A stretch of DNA of 44,563 bases from Legionellales bacterium. GTDB lineage: Bacteria > Pseudomonadota > Gammaproteobacteria > Berkiellales > Berkiellaceae. Shown here in pieces: positions 26,302 through 40,582 of the stretch. Within the stretch, counting starts at the first letter, position 1, and the number at the start of each line of letters is the position of its first letter. The stretch covers positions 1 to 44,563 of the forward strand of contig JAHFQF010000001.1 of the NCBI GenBank assembly GCA_023266435.1, read 5' to 3'. A program made the position numbers and the translations under genes. The notes beneath the pieces are model-generated. The model saw only the letters and a list, made by a program, of their open reading frames with translations. It was not told the DNA's origin and made no database searches.

Positions 26302-27690
26302 TTATTCAGTTTTAGAGTCTTCTTTTTGATCTACTTTAGTAGGTCTTTTCCACTGTGGTATCGTTTGCTGTTTAGCTCTGGCTAACGTTAATTGGTTACT
26401 CGGCGCATCTTTTGTTAATGTAGTGCCCGCACCAATAAACGCTTCGCTACCCACTGTTACCGGCGCAATTAGCACCGAATTTGAGCCAATAAATGCGCCC
26501 GACTCAATCACCGTTTGATGTTTAGAAACCCCATCATAATTACAAGTGATTGTACCGGCCCCTATATTCACAGATTGACCAATTGTGGCATCGCCAACGT
26601 AGGATAGGTGATTAATTTTGCTTCCTGTCTCTACGGTTGAATTTTTAATCTCTACAAAGTTACCTATTTTGACCTGATGAGAAAGCTCCACAGAAGCTCG
26701 CAGACGCGCATAAGGCCCAATTTGACAGGCTTGGCCTGTTTTTGCACCCTCTAAGTAGGAAAAAGGATGCACAACGGTGTCTCTACCCAACTGGCAGTTT
26801 TTAATAACACAATGGCTACCTACCTGAACGCCATCGCCCAGTATGACTTCATCCTCAAAAACCACATTCACATCAATCACAACGTCTTTGCCCACTTTGA
26901 GTGAGCCGCGAATGTCTACTCGCGCTGGATCGAGAAATTGAACCCCTTCGCTCTGAAGCGCTTCTATTTGCCTGGCTTGAAAGACTCTCTCCATCACGGC
27001 CAATTCTTTTTTAGTATTAATGCCTAACACTTCCTCAGCAGACTGTGGATAAACCTCTTGTATTGGTAAGCCTTGCTTGACGGCATAGGACACCATGTCT
27101 GTGAGATAAAACTCGGCCTGCTTATTTAAGTTGGTTAACTTCGGTAAAAACTGAGCCAACAGCTCACCGCTGACAGCAAAAACACCAGCGTTAATTTCAC
27201 ACAGCGCGCGCTGAGCTTCATCCGCATCTTTTTCTTCCACAATGCCAGTAATTTTTCCGTGTTGATCACGTACAATTCTACCAAAGCCAAAAGGATTGCT
27301 GACTCGATTCACGATTAAGGACAACCCCTGTGTGGGGCATTTGCTGATCAAGTTAGACAAGGTTTGCGCTTCAATTAGCGGGATATCCCCCACCATCAAC
27401 AAGACGATGTTGTTAGCTTTTAAATGGGGAAATGCCATTTTTACTGCATCCCCAGTACCCAGGGGTTGTGGCTGCTCCACCCAAGATATGCTTGGATGCC
27501 TCAAGGCGGCCTTTAAGGGCTCACTATCCCTTCCATGCACAATGAGGAGCTGCTCTGGAGACAGAGCATGGCAAGTATCGAATAAATGCTGTACAAGCGG
27601 TTTTCCACCCAATCGATGCAGCAGTTTGGGCTGGGAAGATTTCATCCTAGAGCCTGAGCCGGCGGCCAATATCACGATAGAAATTGACAT
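26302..27690 (-). CDS. glmU: bifunctional UDP-N-acetylglucosamine pyrophosphorylase / glucosamine-1-phosphate N-acetyltransferase
   Basis: 'MSISIVILAAGSGSRMKS' (start at 27690) and C-terminal left-handed beta-helix hexapeptide repeats. The track ORF's 16 extra N-terminal residues are unsupported. Confidence 0.95.
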   Translation of the reverse strand: MSISIVILAAGSGSRMKSSQPKLLHRLGGKPLVQHLFDTCHALSPEQLLIVHGRDSEPLKAALRHPSISWVEQPQPLGTGDAVKMAFPHLKANNIVLLMVGDIPLIEAQTLSNLISKCPTQGLSLIVNRVSNPFGFGRIVRDQHGKITGIVEEKDADEAQRALCEINAGVFAVSGELLAQFLPKLTNLNKQAEFYLTDMVSYAVKQGLPIQEVYPQSAEEVLGINTKKELAVMERVFQARQIEALQSEGVQFLDPARVDIRGSLKVGKDVVIDVNVVFEDEVILGDGVQVGSHCVIKNCQLGRDTVVHPFSYLEGAKTGQACQIGPYARLRASVELSHQVKIGNFVEIKNSTVETGSKINHLSYVGDATIGQSVNIGAGTITCNYDGVSKHQTVIESGAFIGSNSVLIAPVTVGSEAFIGAGTTLTKDAPSNQLTLARAKQQTIPQWKRPTKVDQKEDSKTE

Positions 27691-27800
27691 GCGTTTCCCT
27701 ATGAGCAATATGAGTTTTGAATACAGACAAAAAAGCACCGATTAATCATTGGTGTAACTTACACAAAAATTACACCCGTGTCAATCAGAATGAGTTATCT

Positions 27801-28235
27801 TTATTTCTTACCCTTAGCCCTCAATTCCTTGATAGTCCTTAAAAGCCCTACGGCGCGAGCCAGCTCTGCTCTGGCTGTATAGTAATCTAAATCCGTATCA
27901 TAACCTTTGGCAAGCTTTTCCTCAGCGCGCAGCCTGGCCTTTTCCGCAGCCTGCTCATTGAGCTCTTCATTACGCATCACAGTGTCAGCTAAAATGGTCA
28001 CAATATCAGGCTGCACTTCTAATATACCGCCGGAAACGAACACAATTTCTTCTTCACCATTTTCTTTAATAACACGAACAGGCCCAGGCTTGATTGTGGT
28101 TAATAAAGGCGCATGATTTGCCAAGATACCGAGATCACCAAGATCGCCGGTAACAAACAACATTTGAGCGCGACCAGAAAAAATGGCGGACTCAGCACTC
28201 ACGATATCGACATGCATGGTCATTGCTTCAGACAT
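27801..28235 (-). CDS. atpC: F0F1 ATP synthase subunit epsilon
   Basis: 'HVDIVSAESAIFSGRAQMLFVTGDLGDLGILANHAPLLTTIKPG' is collinear with E. coli AtpC. It is the last gene of the atp operon. Confidence 0.95.
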   Translation of the reverse strand: MSEAMTMHVDIVSAESAIFSGRAQMLFVTGDLGDLGILANHAPLLTTIKPGPVRVIKENGEEEIVFVSGGILEVQPDIVTILADTVMRNEELNEQAAEKARLRAEEKLAKGYDTDLDYYTARAELARAVGLLRTIKELRAKGKK

Positions 28236-28290
28236 TCTCTCGCCACCCTAATCAAATTAATGTTTACATAGTCAAGGCAAATTGCGACGA

Positions 28291-29700
<1,410 letters not shown>

Positions 29701-29737
29701 TCATTCTCTCTCAAATTAAAACAAAATTCGTAAAAAA

Positions 29738-30607
29738 CTAAACGGCCGCCGCACCTGAAACAATTTCAGATAACTCTTGAGTAATCGCAGCCTGCCTCGC
29801 TTTATTATAAATTAACTGGAAATCATCCATTATTTGACCAGCATTGTCAGATGCGCTCTTCATTGCAACCATTCGCGCGGCTTGTTCACACGCTGCGTTT
29901 TCCACTGATCCCTGATAAACCATGGATTCAATGTAACGGCTTAATAACGAATCTAACAAAGACTTAGCATCAGGCTCATAAATATAATCCCAGTAATGGC
30001 CCTTGTCTTTTGATTCTTCTGAAGGGGCAATTGGCAACAACTGCGTTAAAGTCGGTTTTTGTGACATGGTATTCACAAAAGTGTTGTAGGCAATATAGAG
30101 CGCATCAATGGCCTTTTCTTGAAATGCCTTTAGCATAACTTGGACGGCACCAATTAATTCTTCAACCGTAGGCGCTTCACCTAATCTGCAGCTTGAGCCG
30201 ATAATTTCCGCGCCCATTCTTTTGAAAAAGCTATCGGCCTTGCCTCCAATCAAGGAGAACTTTAAAGAGACACCCGCATCTTCCCACTGTTTCATTTGCT
30301 CAATCACAGCACGAAATAAATTCGCATTTAGGCCACCACACAGCCCCCTGTCTGTCGAAATCACAATGATGCCTATGCTTTTAGCTTTGCGCAGGTCATC
30401 TTGCAAATAGTGGTGCCTATATTCTGGGCGCCCCGTGGCTAAATGATTCACCACCTCAACGATTTTGTCAGCATAAGGCCTGGAGGCGCGCATGCGCTGC
30501 TGCACCTTTTTCATTTTAGAGGCAGCAACCATCTCCATCGCTCGAGTAATCTTTTGAGTACTCTTAATGCTTTTGATCTTATTTCGTATCTCTTTTGTGC
30601 TAGCCAT
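29738..30607 (-). CDS. atpG: F0F1 ATP synthase subunit gamma
   Basis: '[32 protein letters not shown]' matches the AtpG N-terminus, giving an ATG at 30607. Confidence 0.96.
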   Translation of the reverse strand: MASTKEIRNKIKSIKSTQKITRAMEMVAASKMKKVQQRMRASRPYADKIVEVVNHLATGRPEYRHHYLQDDLRKAKSIGIIVISTDRGLCGGLNANLFRAVIEQMKQWEDAGVSLKFSLIGGKADSFFKRMGAEIIGSSCRLGEAPTVEELIGAVQVMLKAFQEKAIDALYIAYNTFVNTMSQKPTLTQLLPIAPSEESKDKGHYWDYIYEPDAKSLLDSLLSRYIESMVYQGSVENAACEQAARMVAMKSASDNAGQIMDDFQLIYNKARQAAITQELSEIVSGAAAV

Positions 30608-30617
30608 ACTTATGCCT

Positions 30618-32162
30618 TTACCAGGTTTGCGTTGCCACAAACGCCTCTATTGCTGCTTTCATTTGCTTTTCGACTGCATCATCAAAGTTTTCAGGATCTT
30701 CATTGATTTGGCTCAACAAACTTGCATGCTTATCAGACATGAACTCATGCATATCGCTTTCAAAACCAACCACTTTGTTTAAAGGGACTGCGTCTAAATA
30801 CCCTTTGTTTGCAGCGTACAAAATGATCGCCATTTGTGCTGTGGTCAAAGGTTGATATTGCTTTTGCTTCATTGCTTCCATCACACGCTGCCCTCTCTCT
30901 AGCTGCCTGCGTGTTGCTTCATCGAGATCGGAGGCAAACTGAGAGAATGCAGCAAGCTCACGGTATTGAGCAAGTGCCAAACGAATACCACCGCCCAACT
31001 TCTTAATAATCTTAGTTTGCGCTGCGCCCCCTACACGAGACACAGACAAGCCTGCGTTAATTGCAGGACGGATATTTGCGTTAAACAAATCCGTTTCTAA
31101 GAAGATCTGTCCATCAGTAATAGAAATTACGTTGGTTGGAACGAATGCAGATACGTCCCCTGCTTGGGTTTCAATGATAGGTAGCGCCGTTAATGAGCCC
31201 GTTTTACCCTTGACAGCACCCTTTGTAAACTTTTCAACATACTCTTCATTGACTCGCGCCGCTCTTTCTAGCAAACGAGAATGTAGATAAAACACGTCTC
31301 CAGGATAAGCCTCACGACCTGGTGGGCGGCGCAATAACAAGGAAATCTGACGGTAAGCCCAAGCTTGCTTGGTCAAATCATCATAAATAATCAGCGCATC
31401 TTCGCCTCTGTCTCTAAAGTACTCACCCATTGCACAACCAGCATAAGGCGCGATGTACTGTAAAGAAGCGGCATCTGCGGCAGTTGCTGCTACCACTGTG
31501 GTATAGGCCATTGCGCCATGCTCTTCTAGCTTACGCACCACAGAGGCAACGGAAGAGGCTTTCTGACCAATTGCAACATAAATACACTTAACACCCGTAT
31601 TTTTCTGGTTAATAATCGCGTCAATCGCAATCGCGGTTTTACCGGTCTGCCTATCACCAATGATCAGCTCGCGCTGCCCCCTACCTACAGGCACCATCGC
31701 GTCAATTGCTTTTAGGCCGGTGGCCAATGGCTGCCCAACTGATTTGCGAGCAATCACGCCAGGCGCGACCTTTTCAACCGGGGAAAATTCAATTGCGCGT
31801 ATCTCACCTTTGCCATCAATGGGCTGCCCCAAGGCATTCACAACACGGCCCAACAGACACTCGCCCACAGGCACTTCCAAAATCTTACCCGTACATTGCG
31901 CAGATTGACCTTCCGCCAAATGCTCCGCAGGCCCCAACACAACAGCCCCCACAGAGTCGCGCTCCAAGTTCAACGCCATGCCATAGGTATTACCTTCAAA
32001 CTTGATCATTTCACCTTGCATCGCATTTTGCAGGCCGTGCAAACGTACGATGCCGTCGCTCACGCTGATGACCGTGCCTACCGTCTTGGTTTGAGCATCT
32101 ACATCAAGCTGCTCAATACGCTGTTTAATTAATTCACTGATCTCTGTTGGATTTAATCGCAT
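30618..32162 (-). CDS. atpA: F0F1 ATP synthase subunit alpha
   Basis: '[16 protein letters not shown]' (ATG at 32162) and Walker A 'GDRQTGKTA'. Confidence 0.97.
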   Translation of the reverse strand: MRLNPTEISELIKQRIEQLDVDAQTKTVGTVISVSDGIVRLHGLQNAMQGEMIKFEGNTYGMALNLERDSVGAVVLGPAEHLAEGQSAQCTGKILEVPVGECLLGRVVNALGQPIDGKGEIRAIEFSPVEKVAPGVIARKSVGQPLATGLKAIDAMVPVGRGQRELIIGDRQTGKTAIAIDAIINQKNTGVKCIYVAIGQKASSVASVVRKLEEHGAMAYTTVVAATAADAASLQYIAPYAGCAMGEYFRDRGEDALIIYDDLTKQAWAYRQISLLLRRPPGREAYPGDVFYLHSRLLERAARVNEEYVEKFTKGAVKGKTGSLTALPIIETQAGDVSAFVPTNVISITDGQIFLETDLFNANIRPAINAGLSVSRVGGAAQTKIIKKLGGGIRLALAQYRELAAFSQFASDLDEATRRQLERGQRVMEAMKQKQYQPLTTAQMAIILYAANKGYLDAVPLNKVVGFESDMHEFMSDKHASLLSQINEDPENFDDAVEKQMKAAIEAFVATQTW

Positions 32163-32180
32163 GGTTGACCCCAAGAAATA

Positions 32181-32714
32181 CTAAATAAAACTTTCTGATA
32201 ATCGTGATAATCGTCCCCGAATAGAACCATCGACCACAGAATCACCAATTTCAACAATTGCTCCGCCAATTAAGCTTTCTCTCACTTCACTGGTCAATAG
32301 GACGCGCTGATTGTGCTTGCGCTGTAGCGCATCTTGAAATGACTTTAAAAAAGCGTCTGAAAGCGGCTTTGCAACAATCAACTTAACCGCTACCGTTTGC
32401 TCTTCTCGTAAACGCAGCTCATGAAACTGTGCTGCAATTTCAGGGATCAATAACAATCTATCAAAGTGCGCCAAAACTCGAAAAAAATTTTTGACAGAGA
32501 CGGGCGCACCTGCGGGTGCTAATCCCGATAAAAAATCTATCGCCACGCCGGGCAGACACTTTGGATGGCCTAAAAAGCCCTGTGTAGCCTTGTCTTGTAT
32601 AACCTGTGCATAAAAAGCAAGCGCTTCATCCCACGAGTCGAGTTGGCTTTCTTGTTTGGCGAGCGCGAAAACAGCCTTGGCGTAGGGCCTTGCAACCACC
32701 ACAGGTGTAATCAT
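32181..32714 (-). CDS. atpH: F0F1 ATP synthase subunit delta
   Basis: 'VARPYAKAVFALA' N-terminus, 177 aa, positioned between atpF and atpA. Confidence 0.93.
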   Translation of the reverse strand: MITPVVVARPYAKAVFALAKQESQLDSWDEALAFYAQVIQDKATQGFLGHPKCLPGVAIDFLSGLAPAGAPVSVKNFFRVLAHFDRLLLIPEIAAQFHELRLREEQTVAVKLIVAKPLSDAFLKSFQDALQRKHNQRVLLTSEVRESLIGGAIVEIGDSVVDGSIRGRLSRLSESFI

Positions 32715-32724
32715 AACTTAATCC

Positions 32725-33201
32725 TCAATTGGTCAGGCCATCTACAAGCTCTTGCAGCAGGCGCTCGTGCTTGTGCACATCAATCTCTTGTTTCAGAATT
32801 TTTTCCGCACCAAATACTGCGATCTTAGCTACCTCTGAGCGCAAGGATTCTTTGGCCTGCATAATCAAGGTGGAAACTTCTTGCTCTGCTTTTTGCATCA
32901 AGCGCGCAACCTCTTCTTCTGCCTGAGCCTTTGCATGCTCAATGATAGCCGCCGCTCTTTTATGCGCGTCATCAACAATGACCATCCCTTTTTCTTTAGA
33001 CTCCGTTAAGACCGCAAGCGATCTTTCCTGGCTCAAAACAAGATCTTTATGTCCTTTTTCTGCTGCAGCCAACCCATCGGCAATTTTCTTTTGACGATCA
33101 GCCATGGCTGTATGCAATGGCGGCCATACAAATCTCATTGTAATCCACACAAACAGAGCAAACGTGATCATTTGACCAAATAGCGTTGCATTTAGATTCA
33201 C
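32725..33201 (-). CDS. atpF: F0F1 ATP synthase subunit b
   Basis: A single N-terminal TM helix followed by a long charged helix. '[29 protein letters not shown]' is present. Confidence 0.93.
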   Translation of the reverse strand: MNLNATLFGQMITFALFVWITMRFVWPPLHTAMADRQKKIADGLAAAEKGHKDLVLSQERSLAVLTESKEKGMVIVDDAHKRAAAIIEHAKAQAEEEVARLMQKAEQEVSTLIMQAKESLRSEVAKIAVFGAEKILKQEIDVHKHERLLQELVDGLTN

Positions 33202-33231
33202 GGCTGTTCCCCTTGGATAAATGGACGGTAA

Positions 33232-33534
<303 letters not shown>

Positions 33535-33565
33535 TTAAGTTAAAGAAAAATTTAAAAAAGCCTGA

Positions 33566-34709
<1,144 letters not shown>

Positions 34710-34741
34710 TGAGCTGGTTGATTAAATTAACACAAGAAGAG

Positions 34742-34770
34742 AGTATACTTAATCCCCTGAAAACGTTCAA
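34742..34770 (-). promoter_or_regulatory. candidate sigma70 promoter of the atp operon
   Basis: On the minus strand: TTGAAC (34770-34765), a 17-nt spacer, then TATACT (34747-34742). It lies about 30 nt upstream of the atpI ATG. Confidence 0.5.
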
Positions 34771-34883
34771 GTCACGATTTGACTGGTTAAAAAACTTAGG
34801 TAACTAATTCTATAGGTTCTTAAGTAACTCCCCGCTTAAGCGGGGATAAAAAAATATCAACCAAGCCGTCGAACAGCAGAAAA

Positions 34884-35816
34884 CTACTGGATGTGCGCTA
34901 AAATGCCATCTAGCTCTTCGGGGTTGCTATAGCGAATGACAACAGTACCTTTACCTTTGCCGCTGTGGCGAATGGTCACAGCCGCCCCCAGCTTTTCTGC
35001 TAAATCCTGCTCTAATCGGCGAATATCTGGATCAACACGGGTATCAAACAAGACGGCGTCTGTCTCCACCTCTTGTAACCGCGCAATAATCCGTTCTGTT
35101 TCGCGCACAGAAAGACCGCGCTGTATAACCGTTTTGGCCATTTGACTTTGAAGATGCCCCCTAACCCCAAGCAATGCACGCGCATGCCCCATCTCTATTT
35201 CCTGACGAGCAAGCATACCCTGCACATCGGGATTTAAGGATAATAAGCGAATCAAATTCGTCACACTAGCGCGTGATTTCCCAACCATTTCTGCAACTTG
35301 TAAATGCGTTAAACTCAGATCGTCGGCTAGTTTTTTGAGCGCTTTGGCTTCTTCTACTGGATTGAGATCTTCTCGCTGAATATTCTCAATTAAGCCGATG
35401 GCCATAGCTGCATCATCTGTTACGTCTTTGATGATAGCCGGAATGTATTCCAGCCCTGCTTTCTGAGAGGCGCGCCAACGACGCTCCCCTGCTAAAATTT
35501 CATAATAAGCGCCGCTGATATTTTTACGAACCAAAATAGGCTGAATTACACCTTGTGTACGAATAGAGTCCGCAAGCTGCTCAATTCCCTCATCTTTGAT
35601 CGTGTTCCTGGGTTGAAATGGGCCAGCTTTGATTGCTTCTACCGGCAAAGAGACCAGTTTTTCTCGATTCAAAGCAGGTGCAGGCAATGCTCCTGGCTCA
35701 CCCTCTGCAGCGCTATCCATTCCCTCTATTACGGACACCGCCTCTCCAATCTCTCCCAGAGTATTAGCTAGCAGCTCCCCCAATCCTTTTCCTAATCCGC
35801 GTTTTTTTGAAGACAT
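34884..35816 (-). CDS. parB: chromosome partitioning protein ParB
   Basis: 'MSSKKRGLGKGLGELL', ParB box 'LAGERRWRAS' and an HTH region. Confidence 0.95.
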   Translation of the reverse strand: MSSKKRGLGKGLGELLANTLGEIGEAVSVIEGMDSAAEGEPGALPAPALNREKLVSLPVEAIKAGPFQPRNTIKDEGIEQLADSIRTQGVIQPILVRKNISGAYYEILAGERRWRASQKAGLEYIPAIIKDVTDDAAMAIGLIENIQREDLNPVEEAKALKKLADDLSLTHLQVAEMVGKSRASVTNLIRLLSLNPDVQGMLARQEIEMGHARALLGVRGHLQSQMAKTVIQRGLSVRETERIIARLQEVETDAVLFDTRVDPDIRRLEQDLAEKLGAAVTIRHSGKGKGTVVIRYSNPEELDGILAHIQ

Positions 35817-35833
35817 AATGAATCCCTTTACCG

Positions 35834-36643
35834 TTATAATGCTTCTGCTGACAGCGCCGAGGTGGTTTTCTGGCTTTTGCTGCGCCGTTTTATCATCTCA
35901 CTTGCCAAAGCCATATACGCAGCAGCCCCCCGTGAACTTTTATCATACAGGTGTACTGGCAATCCATGACTAGGCGCCTCAGCTAACCGAACATTTCTAG
36001 GAATCACGGTTTGATAGACTTTGTTGCCAAAATGCTTAATTAGCTGATCGGAAACTTCTGTAGCCAGCCGATTCCTTGGATCAAACATAGTTCGAATAAT
36101 ACCGCTAATTTGCAACTGTGGATTAACGGTGTGTTTCAGCTGAGAAATGGTGTTGAGCAAATCCGTCAGCCCCTCTAAAGCAAAATACTCGCACTGCATT
36201 GGAATGATCACAGCCGTTGCTGCGGTCAATGCATTCAAGGTCAACATGTTAAGCGCGGGCGGACAATCAATCAAAATAAAATCATAGTTTCCCTGAATAC
36301 TGTTTAAGCTTTCTTCCAGTAAGCGTTCCTTGTTGGTTTTTTTTAACAACCCCACCTCTGCTTCTGTCAAATCACTGTTTGCCGGAATTAAATCATAACC
36401 AGCGGGTGTATTATGGATAATCACCTCTGCGACACTGGCTTCTTGACGCAACAGATCATTCATGGTCGCATCGAGTTGTGTTTTATCCGCTCCCGATCCC
36501 ATGGTTGCATTGCCCTGTGGATCAATATCGCATAACAACACCCTTTCACCCATTGCTACTAAGGAGGCTGCTAAATTAACGCAGCTTGTTGTTTTTCCCA
36601 CTCCTCCTTTTTGATTGGTGAGGGCTATGATTTTGTCTGACAC
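35834..36643 (-). CDS. parA: chromosome partitioning ATPase ParA/Soj
   Basis: Deviant Walker A 'NQKGGVGKTT'. It has a GTG start at 36643 preceded by AAGGA. Confidence 0.95.
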   Translation of the reverse strand: MSDKIIALTNQKGGVGKTTSCVNLAASLVAMGERVLLCDIDPQGNATMGSGADKTQLDATMNDLLRQEASVAEVIIHNTPAGYDLIPANSDLTEAEVGLLKKTNKERLLEESLNSIQGNYDFILIDCPPALNMLTLNALTAATAVIIPMQCEYFALEGLTDLLNTISQLKHTVNPQLQISGIIRTMFDPRNRLATEVSDQLIKHFGNKVYQTVIPRNVRLAEAPSHGLPVHLYDKSSRGAAAYMALASEMIKRRSKSQKTTSALSAEAL

Positions 36644-36647
36644 AGTG

Positions 36648-37295
36648 CTAATCCTTAAATGATGTAGTTTTTCTTATAACTAGTAAGTAATGCTGCCAAT
36701 CTTTTGTAGGAATGGTTAAAGGGATCACTGCCTCCATCGATACCCAGTTCGGCAATTGGCTAATTTCATCCAATGCCGCATCTCCTTTCATGGCCAAAAT
36801 CTTGCTCTGATTATCACACAAATGTTGAATAAGTTGCAGCATCTTTGGGAGTTTCGCAAAAGCACGAGTCACCACAGAGTGAAAAGCAGTGCTTTCAGAG
36901 ACATTTTCTACGCGGCTGTGGATAACTCGAACATTACTTAATGCCAACCGATGGATCACTTGCCTTAAGAACTGCACTCTTTTGTTTGCGCTCTCAATTA
37001 AAGTAAACTCACAGGCCGGGGAAAAAATTGCTAAGGGAATGCCAGGCAGACCGGCGCCGGATCCAACATCCGCAATGCGGGATCCGTGCAAGTAAGGCGC
37101 TATCGATAAACTATCCAAAATGTGCCTAAACACCATTTCTTCTGCTGACTTTACAGCAGTTAGGTTATGCACTTTGTTCCACTTGTTGAGCAACTCTAAA
37201 TAAGAGACTGTTTTCTCGATTTGCTCAACTGAAGCCGAAAGTGCTAATTCAGATAAAGCTCGCTTGCAGATGTCAAATAATGAGGTATCCACCAT
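36648..37295 (-). CDS. rsmG: 16S rRNA (guanine527-N7)-methyltransferase
   Basis: SAM motif 'DVGSGAGLPGIPLAI'. Its ATG overlaps the mnmG stop by 1 nt. Confidence 0.95.
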   Translation of the reverse strand: MVDTSLFDICKRALSELALSASVEQIEKTVSYLELLNKWNKVHNLTAVKSAEEMVFRHILDSLSIAPYLHGSRIADVGSGAGLPGIPLAIFSPACEFTLIESANKRVQFLRQVIHRLALSNVRVIHSRVENVSESTAFHSVVTRAFAKLPKMLQLIQHLCDNQSKILAMKGDAALDEISQLPNWVSMEAVIPLTIPTKDWQHYLLVIRKTTSFKD

Positions 37296-39190
37296 CAGAA
37301 AAGGCTCTCGGACAGCTGTTCTTTTTTCAAATAAATCAGCAAAATTGAAATCGCAGCTGGCGTTACGCCAGAAATTCGATGAGCCTCCCCAACGGTCTGT
37401 GGTTTAATTCTCGATAGCTTTTCTTTAATCTCATTGGATAACCCGGAAATTTGGCGATAATTAAAATTCAGCGGGATTTTTGTTTTCTCATGCTTTTTCA
37501 GTTTATTGATTTCATGTGTTTGCCGCGCAATATACCCCGCATATTTTATCTGAATTTCGAGCTGCTCTTCCGCTTCTAGGCTTAATGGCTGCTCAGGCTT
37601 ATTAATCCCTTCTATTTCGATCAGATCTCGATAAAAAACCTCTGGGCGTTTTAAGAAATCGATGGCTTTGATTTCCTGTGTAATCGGAAATCCATATTTT
37701 TCGTTAATTTTCGCATCTAGCATTGAGCTGGGTTTCATCGAGCAAGCACCTAAACGCTGCAGCTCTGCTTTGACTTGCTGTTGTTTCGCACAAAAAAGCG
37801 CCCAACGCTGCTCATCGATCAAGCCCAGCTCTTTGGCCATTGGTGTTAAACGTGCATCAGCATTGTCTTCGCGTAACAATAACCTATATTCTGCTCGAGA
37901 AGTAAACATACGATATGGCTCTTGGGTGCCCTTTAAAATCAAATCATCGATCATCACACCCAAATAAGCTTCATCTCTTCTAGGATACCAGGCAGGCCGT
38001 TGCTGATAGGCTAATGCTGCATTGATTCCAGCTAAAATGCCTTGTGCAGCGGCTTCTTCATACCCTGTGGTCCCATTGATTTGACCAGCAAAATACAACC
38101 CGTTTAATACCTTGGTTTCTAAGGTGTGCTTTAAACAAGTGGGTTCAAAATAATCGTACTCAATGGCATACCCCGGCCGAGTAATATGCGCCTGCTCAAG
38201 GCCGGCGATTGAGTGAATAAACTTGAGCTGAATATCAAAGGGCAAGCTGGTAGATAATCCATTGGGATATAACTCAATTGTATCTAACCCTTCTGGTTCG
38301 ATGAAAATTTGATGCCGATTTTTATCTTTAAAGCGCACCACTTTGTCTTCAATCGAAGGACAATACCTCGGGCCAATCCCTTCTATTTGACCCGTGTATA
38401 AAGGGGAGCGATCTAAGGCGCCCAGGATCAAATCATGCGTGTTTTGATTAGTATAAGTGATATGACAAGGGACTTGTCTTGGGTGCATGGCCAAAGAGCC
38501 CATAAAAGAAAAAACCGGCTCTGGTTGTGTGCCTGGCTGCTGTTCTAGTTGAGACCAATCAACCGTGCGCCCATCAATCCTAGGCGGCGTTCCTGTTTTT
38601 AAGCGTCCAACAGGAAAGGGGAGTTCGCGCAAACGTGCCGCCAAAGCAATAGACGGCTGATCGCCCGCGCGACCACCGCCATAATTTTTATCCCCGATGT
38701 GAATTTTTCCAGCCAAGAAGGTGCCCACAGTTAAAATCACAGTAGGGGCATAAAACTTCAATCCCATCTGAGTGACAATACCAGCAACCCGGTCACCTTG
38801 GACGATCAAATCATCCACAGATTGCTGAAAAATAAAGAGGTTTTCTTGATTTTCTACGGCGCGCCGAATAGTCGCCTTATATAAAACCCGGTCCGCTTGT
38901 GCACGAGTAGAGCGCACTGCTGGGCCTTTGCTGGCATTTAATGTACGAAATTGGATGCCTGCTTTGTCAGCGGCTAACGCCATAATGCCGCCCAATGCGT
39001 CAATCTCTTTGACCAAATGCCCTTTTCCTATACCACCAATGGCAGGGTTGCAAGACATTTGCCCAATTGTTTCAACAGAGTGGCTGAGCAGACATGTCGC
39101 TACACCCATACGTGCGGAAGCCAAAGCAGCCTCTACACCAGCATGCCCTCCCCCCACAACAATGACGCCAAATTGCTTAGGATAATCCAC
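37295..39190 (-). CDS. mnmG: tRNA uridine 5-carboxymethylaminomethyl modification enzyme MnmG (GidA)
   Basis: FAD motif '[14 protein letters not shown]'. 631 aa, collinear with E. coli GidA. GTG start at 39190. Confidence 0.97.
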   Translation of the reverse strand: MDYPKQFGVIVVGGGHAGVEAALASARMGVATCLLSHSVETIGQMSCNPAIGGIGKGHLVKEIDALGGIMALAADKAGIQFRTLNASKGPAVRSTRAQADRVLYKATIRRAVENQENLFIFQQSVDDLIVQGDRVAGIVTQMGLKFYAPTVILTVGTFLAGKIHIGDKNYGGGRAGDQPSIALAARLRELPFPVGRLKTGTPPRIDGRTVDWSQLEQQPGTQPEPVFSFMGSLAMHPRQVPCHITYTNQNTHDLILGALDRSPLYTGQIEGIGPRYCPSIEDKVVRFKDKNRHQIFIEPEGLDTIELYPNGLSTSLPFDIQLKFIHSIAGLEQAHITRPGYAIEYDYFEPTCLKHTLETKVLNGLYFAGQINGTTGYEEAAAQGILAGINAALAYQQRPAWYPRRDEAYLGVMIDDLILKGTQEPYRMFTSRAEYRLLLREDNADARLTPMAKELGLIDEQRWALFCAKQQQVKAELQRLGACSMKPSSMLDAKINEKYGFPITQEIKAIDFLKRPEVFYRDLIEIEGINKPEQPLSLEAEEQLEIQIKYAGYIARQTHEINKLKKHEKTKIPLNFNYRQISGLSNEIKEKLSRIKPQTVGEAHRISGVTPAAISILLIYLKKEQLSESLF

Positions 39191-39202
39191 GATTTTTCGC
39201 TC

Positions 39203-40582
39203 TTATTTACCAATACAAAAGGTAGAGAAAATCTCACCCAATAAATCTTCCACGTCAAATTCACCTGTGATTTGACAAAGCGCTTTGTGCGCACGTGTTA
39301 ATTCTTCTGCCATCAACTCAGGCATAGATTGCTTTTCTAAATGCTCATAAGCTCGCGCCATAGAAGCCAAAGCTTCCTCGAGCAAAACCAAGTGCCGTTT
39401 TCTCGCGACAAAACCAGACTCTTCGGTTGTTTTGACGCCTGCCATATCAAGAATACTGTGTTTTAACGCGTCTATGCCAAGTTTTAATTTGGCTGAAACA
39501 CGCACCGCTTGGAAGTCATCTTCTTTTACACAGACGCCTAGGGGCGCCCCGGTGATGTCTTGCTTGTTTAATACAACCAAAAATTTATCAGACACCAGCT
39601 CTGCTTTTAGCAATGATTTCGACTGTGACAAAGCTTTGCTATCAAAAACGCTTTGCGATTCATCATGAACCCATAAAATCAAATCAACCTGTTGAGCCAC
39701 CGCTTTAGCGCGCTCGATACCAATGGCCTCTATTTGACACTCTGTTTCTCGCAGCCCCGCTGTGTCTAAAAAATGTATTGGTATTCCCTCTAGTAAAACC
39801 TGCTCTCGAATCACATCTCGTGTTGTCCCGGCAAACTCGGTAACGATAGCCACCTCATCGCCAACCAGCTGATTCAGCAAAGAAGATTTGCCTGCATTGG
39901 GAGAGCCCATAATAGCCACTTTCACTCCTTGGTTAAGCAGCATGCTTTGGGTTGCGCTTTGAATCAGTGTGCTCAACGTGTCTTTTATCTGAGCGCAATG
40001 ATTTAACAGTGTTTTATCATTAATGGCATCAATGTCTTCTTCTGCAAAATCAATATTTGCTTCTACTAAAACGCGTAGTCTTAAAATGGTTTCTGTGATT
40101 TGATGAATTTTTTTAGAAAAAGCCCCTTGTAAGGAATTTAAAGCACCCTGAACGGCTTGTTGAGATTGGGCATGAATTAAATCCGCAATAGCTTCCGCTT
40201 GGGTGAGATCAATTTTTCCATTTAAAAAAGCGCGCTGGCTAAACTCTCCTGGCTGAGCCATTCGAGCACCTAGCGCCAGAAATGCCTCGATCAAGGAGGC
40301 CATCACACCTACCCCCCCATGTCCTTGCAGCTCTAAAACAGGCTCCCCTGTAAAAGAGGCTGGGGCTGCAAAGTAAAGCGCGACGCCTTGATCTAATAGC
40401 ACCCCCTCTGGACTATAAAATCCTGTACAAACCGCTTGCCTTGGGGGTAGATGCTTTCCCTTACAAACAACTGAAATCCATTCAGGAACCAGCGGACCCG
40501 AGACACGAATAACACCTACGCCCCCCACACCAGGTGGGGTTGCTTGTGCAACAATCGTGTCAGCGGAGTCATACATGCGCAT
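39203..40582 (-). CDS. mnmE: tRNA modification GTPase MnmE (TrmE)
   Basis: 'DTIVAQATPPGVGGVGVIRVSG', G1 'GSPNAGKSSLLN' and C-terminal 'FCIGK'. Confidence 0.97.
   Translation of the reverse strand: MRMYDSADTIVAQATPPGVGGVGVIRVSGPLVPEWISVVCKGKHLPPRQAVCTGFYSPEGVLLDQGVALYFAAPASFTGEPVLELQGHGGVGVMASLIEAFLALGARMAQPGEFSQRAFLNGKIDLTQAEAIADLIHAQSQQAVQGALNSLQGAFSKKIHQITETILRLRVLVEANIDFAEEDIDAINDKTLLNHCAQIKDTLSTLIQSATQSMLLNQGVKVAIMGSPNAGKSSLLNQLVGDEVAIVTEFAGTTRDVIREQVLLEGIPIHFLDTAGLRETECQIEAIGIERAKAVAQQVDLILWVHDESQSVFDSKALSQSKSLLKAELVSDKFLVVLNKQDITGAPLGVCVKEDDFQAVRVSAKLKLGIDALKHSILDMAGVKTTEESGFVARKRHLVLLEEALASMARAYEHLEKQSMPELMAEELTRAHKALCQITGEFDVEDLLGEIFSTFCIGK

Noticed and set aside
27296-27745. 149-aa plus-strand ORF, and similar track ORFs such as 35629-35973, 33221-33538, 31706-32005, 37662-37967 and 5127-5462
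   Set aside because: All of them lie antisense inside strongly conserved genes (glmU, parB/parA, atpE, atpA, mnmG, polA). Their translations are low-complexity with no recognisable motifs, which is typical of shadow ORFs.
34829-34846. GC-rich hairpin tCCCCGC-ttaa-GCGGGGa after parB as an intrinsic terminator
   Set aside because: On the transcribed minus strand the U-run precedes the stem instead of following it. On the plus strand the stem is followed by A's. It is a real hairpin but not a canonical terminator in either direction.
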